DNA of 36,429 bases, taken from contig JAIVJN010000019.1 of NCBI GenBank assembly GCA_020200025.1, positions 1-36,429 of the forward strand. The letters run 5' to 3'. Both the position numbers and the translations under genes were made by a program. The notes under the pieces were generated by a model. It worked only from the letters and a program-made list of their open reading frames with translations, searched no databases and was not told the DNA's origin. The stretch is from Acidobacteriota bacterium. GTDB taxonomy: Bacteria; Acidobacteriota; Vicinamibacteria; Vicinamibacterales; UBA2999. The stretch's first letter is position 1. Every line of letters begins with the position of its first letter. Of this stretch, positions 34,771 to 36,429 are shown piece by piece.

Positions 34771-36429
34771 TTACTGCGTCACGCCCAGCGCCGCAAGCAG
34801 CGGGGCGTAACGCGGATCGGTGCGCAGGTTGTCAAAGAACGGGTCGACCGTCAGGTACCCAAGCCACGGATCGCGAAGTGACCGCGCGCGTTCGAGCCAG
34901 TCGAATGCCCGATCGTTGTCACGCAGGCAGGAGTACACGAGTGCGATCCCAACTGGTCCTCCCTCCTGCGTTTTTCGATAGCGATCGATCAATTCGTCGG
35001 CCGTTTTCTGCGCTTCAGGCTGCCGGTCTGCCATGGCAAGCGCGCAACCCAGGAAGGCCTGCAGTTCCGCGGTGCGGCCCCGGATGGTTGCAGCCTTCTC
35101 GATGGTTTCCAGAGCCCGCGCGTCCTCGCGCTTCTGAGCGTACGCCTCCGCCACGAACAGTTGTGCCCTTACGAATGTGGGATCGAGTTGCAGCGCCTTC
35201 TGCGCGCGTTCGATGGTCTCGTCATAGCGCCGCGAGAGAAAGAGGACGGCCGCCGCCTGGGTGTGCACGCTCGCAGACAACGGGTCGAGCTCCAGGGCCT
35301 TCTGAATCGCGGACGTCGCGTCCGCGAAGCGCCCGCGCTGCGCCAAGTGAGCCGCACGCCAGTGATAAGCCCGCGCGTAACCCGGATTCAGATCCAGAGC
35401 ACGTTTGAAGCTGCCCTCCGCGGCGTCCCACTCGAGACGGTTGTGCTGCACGAGACCGAGCGACGCATGGGCCTCGGCCAGCGACTCATCGAGCGCGATC
35501 GCTTTCGTCGCTGCCGTGCTCGCCCGCGCGAGGGATTCTCCGTACGGCATCGTCCCGAGCGCACCGAGGAGCACATATGCGTCCGCTAACCCGGCGTAGG
35601 CGGACGCATAACCGGGATCGCGATCGATGGCCTTCTGAAAGTACTCGACGCTTCGATTCAGACCGTCCGTGGTGCGGAGGTTCCAGTAATAGCGGCCGCG
35701 CAGATATAGATCGAACGCTTCGAAATCCTGAGGCTGGCCGTTGTCGCCTCCAGCCCGCGCGAGCACGCCTTGTTGTTGCCGTGACAATCGCAAATGGATC
35801 CCGTCCACGACCGCCTTGGCGACCTGACTCTGAAGGGCCAGCACATCGTCGACCACGGTCTCGAATGTGCGATCCCAGAGTTGCGTGTCGGTGCCTGCGG
35901 CGATCAGACGTGCATTGATACGGACCCTTTTGGTTGCCGCAGGAGCCGCCGGGAGTACCAGCACGGATCCTTCGAGAACGGCGTCCACGCCGAGTGTCCT
36001 CGCGATCTCCGGCAGCGATCTGGACGAACGCTTGAACGTCATGATCGAGGTGCGCGAAATCACGGCGAGACCGGGTAATCGTCCAAGCCTCGCGATGAGC
36101 TCCTCGGTCATGCCGTCGGCGAAGTACTCCTGCGACGGATCGCCCGATAGGTTGACGAGCGGGAGGACGGCAACCGAGTGGATAACACCGGGGACGGACG
36201 TACGGGGAGGGCTGCCGTTGAACGTTGTCCAGAAGAAGGCCGCGAGCGCCCCGATGACTGCGAGTATGGCCGCGATCGCGCTGCGTTGCCACGTAATGAA
36301 CTTACCTCCCGGCGCGGGCGTCGAGACTGTTTCCTGGGCTCGGAGCGCCGCGGCATCCTCGAGTGCCCGCACGAGATCGGCCTCCAGCTCCCCAACGCTG
36401 CCGTACCGCTGTACAGCGTCGGTCGAAAT
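34771..36429 (-). CDS. Ser/Thr kinase-associated sensor protein (end of kinase domain, TM, TolB-N-like module, TPR repeats); 5' end beyond window
   Basis: The frame is open to the window edge (ISTDAVQRYGSVGELEADLVRALED is the kinase C-lobe end). Then TM AIAAILAVIGALAAFFW, VAVLPLVNLSGDPSQEYFADGMTEELI, and multiple TPRs (AIDRDPGYASAYAGLADAY, ALDLNPGYARAYHW...). Confidence 0.85.
   Translation of the reverse strand: MSTDAVQRYGSVGELEADLVRALEDAAALRAQETVSTPAPGGKFITWQRSAIAAILAVIGALAAFFWTTFNGSPPRTSVPGVIHSVAVLPLVNLSGDPSQEYFADGMTEELIARLGRLPGLAVISRTSIMTFKRSSRSLPEIARTLGVDAVLEGSVLVLPAAPAATKRVRINARLIAAGTDTQLWDRTFETVVDDVLALQSQVAKAVVDGIHLRLSRQQQGVLARAGGDNGQPQDFEAFDLYLRGRYYWNLRTTDGLNRSVEYFQKAIDRDPGYASAYAGLADAYVLLGALGTMPYGESLARASTAATKAIALDESLAEAHASLGLVQHNRLEWDAAEGSFKRALDLNPGYARAYHWRAAHLAQRGRFADATSAIQKALELDPLSASVHTQAAAVLFLSRRYDETIERAQKALQLDPTFVRAQLFVAEAYAQKREDARALETIEKAATIRGRTAELQAFLGCALAMADRQPEAQKTADELIDRYRKTQEGGPVGIALVYSCLRDNDRAFDWLERARSLRDPWLGYLTVDPFFDNLRTDPRYAPLLAALGVTQ

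Overview
GC-rich bacterial window with strong GC3 bias, so the long antisense ORFs are artefacts. The gene content (ADOP-type MacB/FtsX permease, Ser/Thr kinases with PD40 and TPR sensor domains) suggests Acidobacteriota; this is an inference only. Positions 1-12.9 kb hold the conserved block tuf-rpmG-tRNA(Trp)-secE-nusG-rplK-rplA-rplJ-rplL-rpoB-rpoC. Positions 13-33 kb are an accessory region rich in secreted or membrane hydrolases (CPBP protease, class-C-like serine hydrolase, M20, M24 and M28 peptidases), a Ser/Thr kinase with a beta-propeller, and small conserved or hypothetical genes. The most interesting locus is on the minus strand at 33.57-34.70 kb. A stand-alone borosin-type (OphMA/SonM-like) tetrapyrrole-methylase-fold alpha-N-methyltransferase is translationally coupled (ATGA overlap) to a 109-aa candidate precursor. 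That precursor has a SonA-like helical N-domain and an unusual 40-residue Pro/Lys/Gly-rich cationic tail. Other notable points are an 8-Cys insertion in RpoB, a family of low-complexity palindromic intergenic elements, a GATC-dense rplK-rplA spacer, and an operator-like palindrome over a sigma70-like promoter. A caveat applies throughout: at least nine genes show internal gaps or frame breaks, including the essential rplA, rplL and rpoB. Collapsed scaffold gaps or assembly and indel errors explain this better than biology does.
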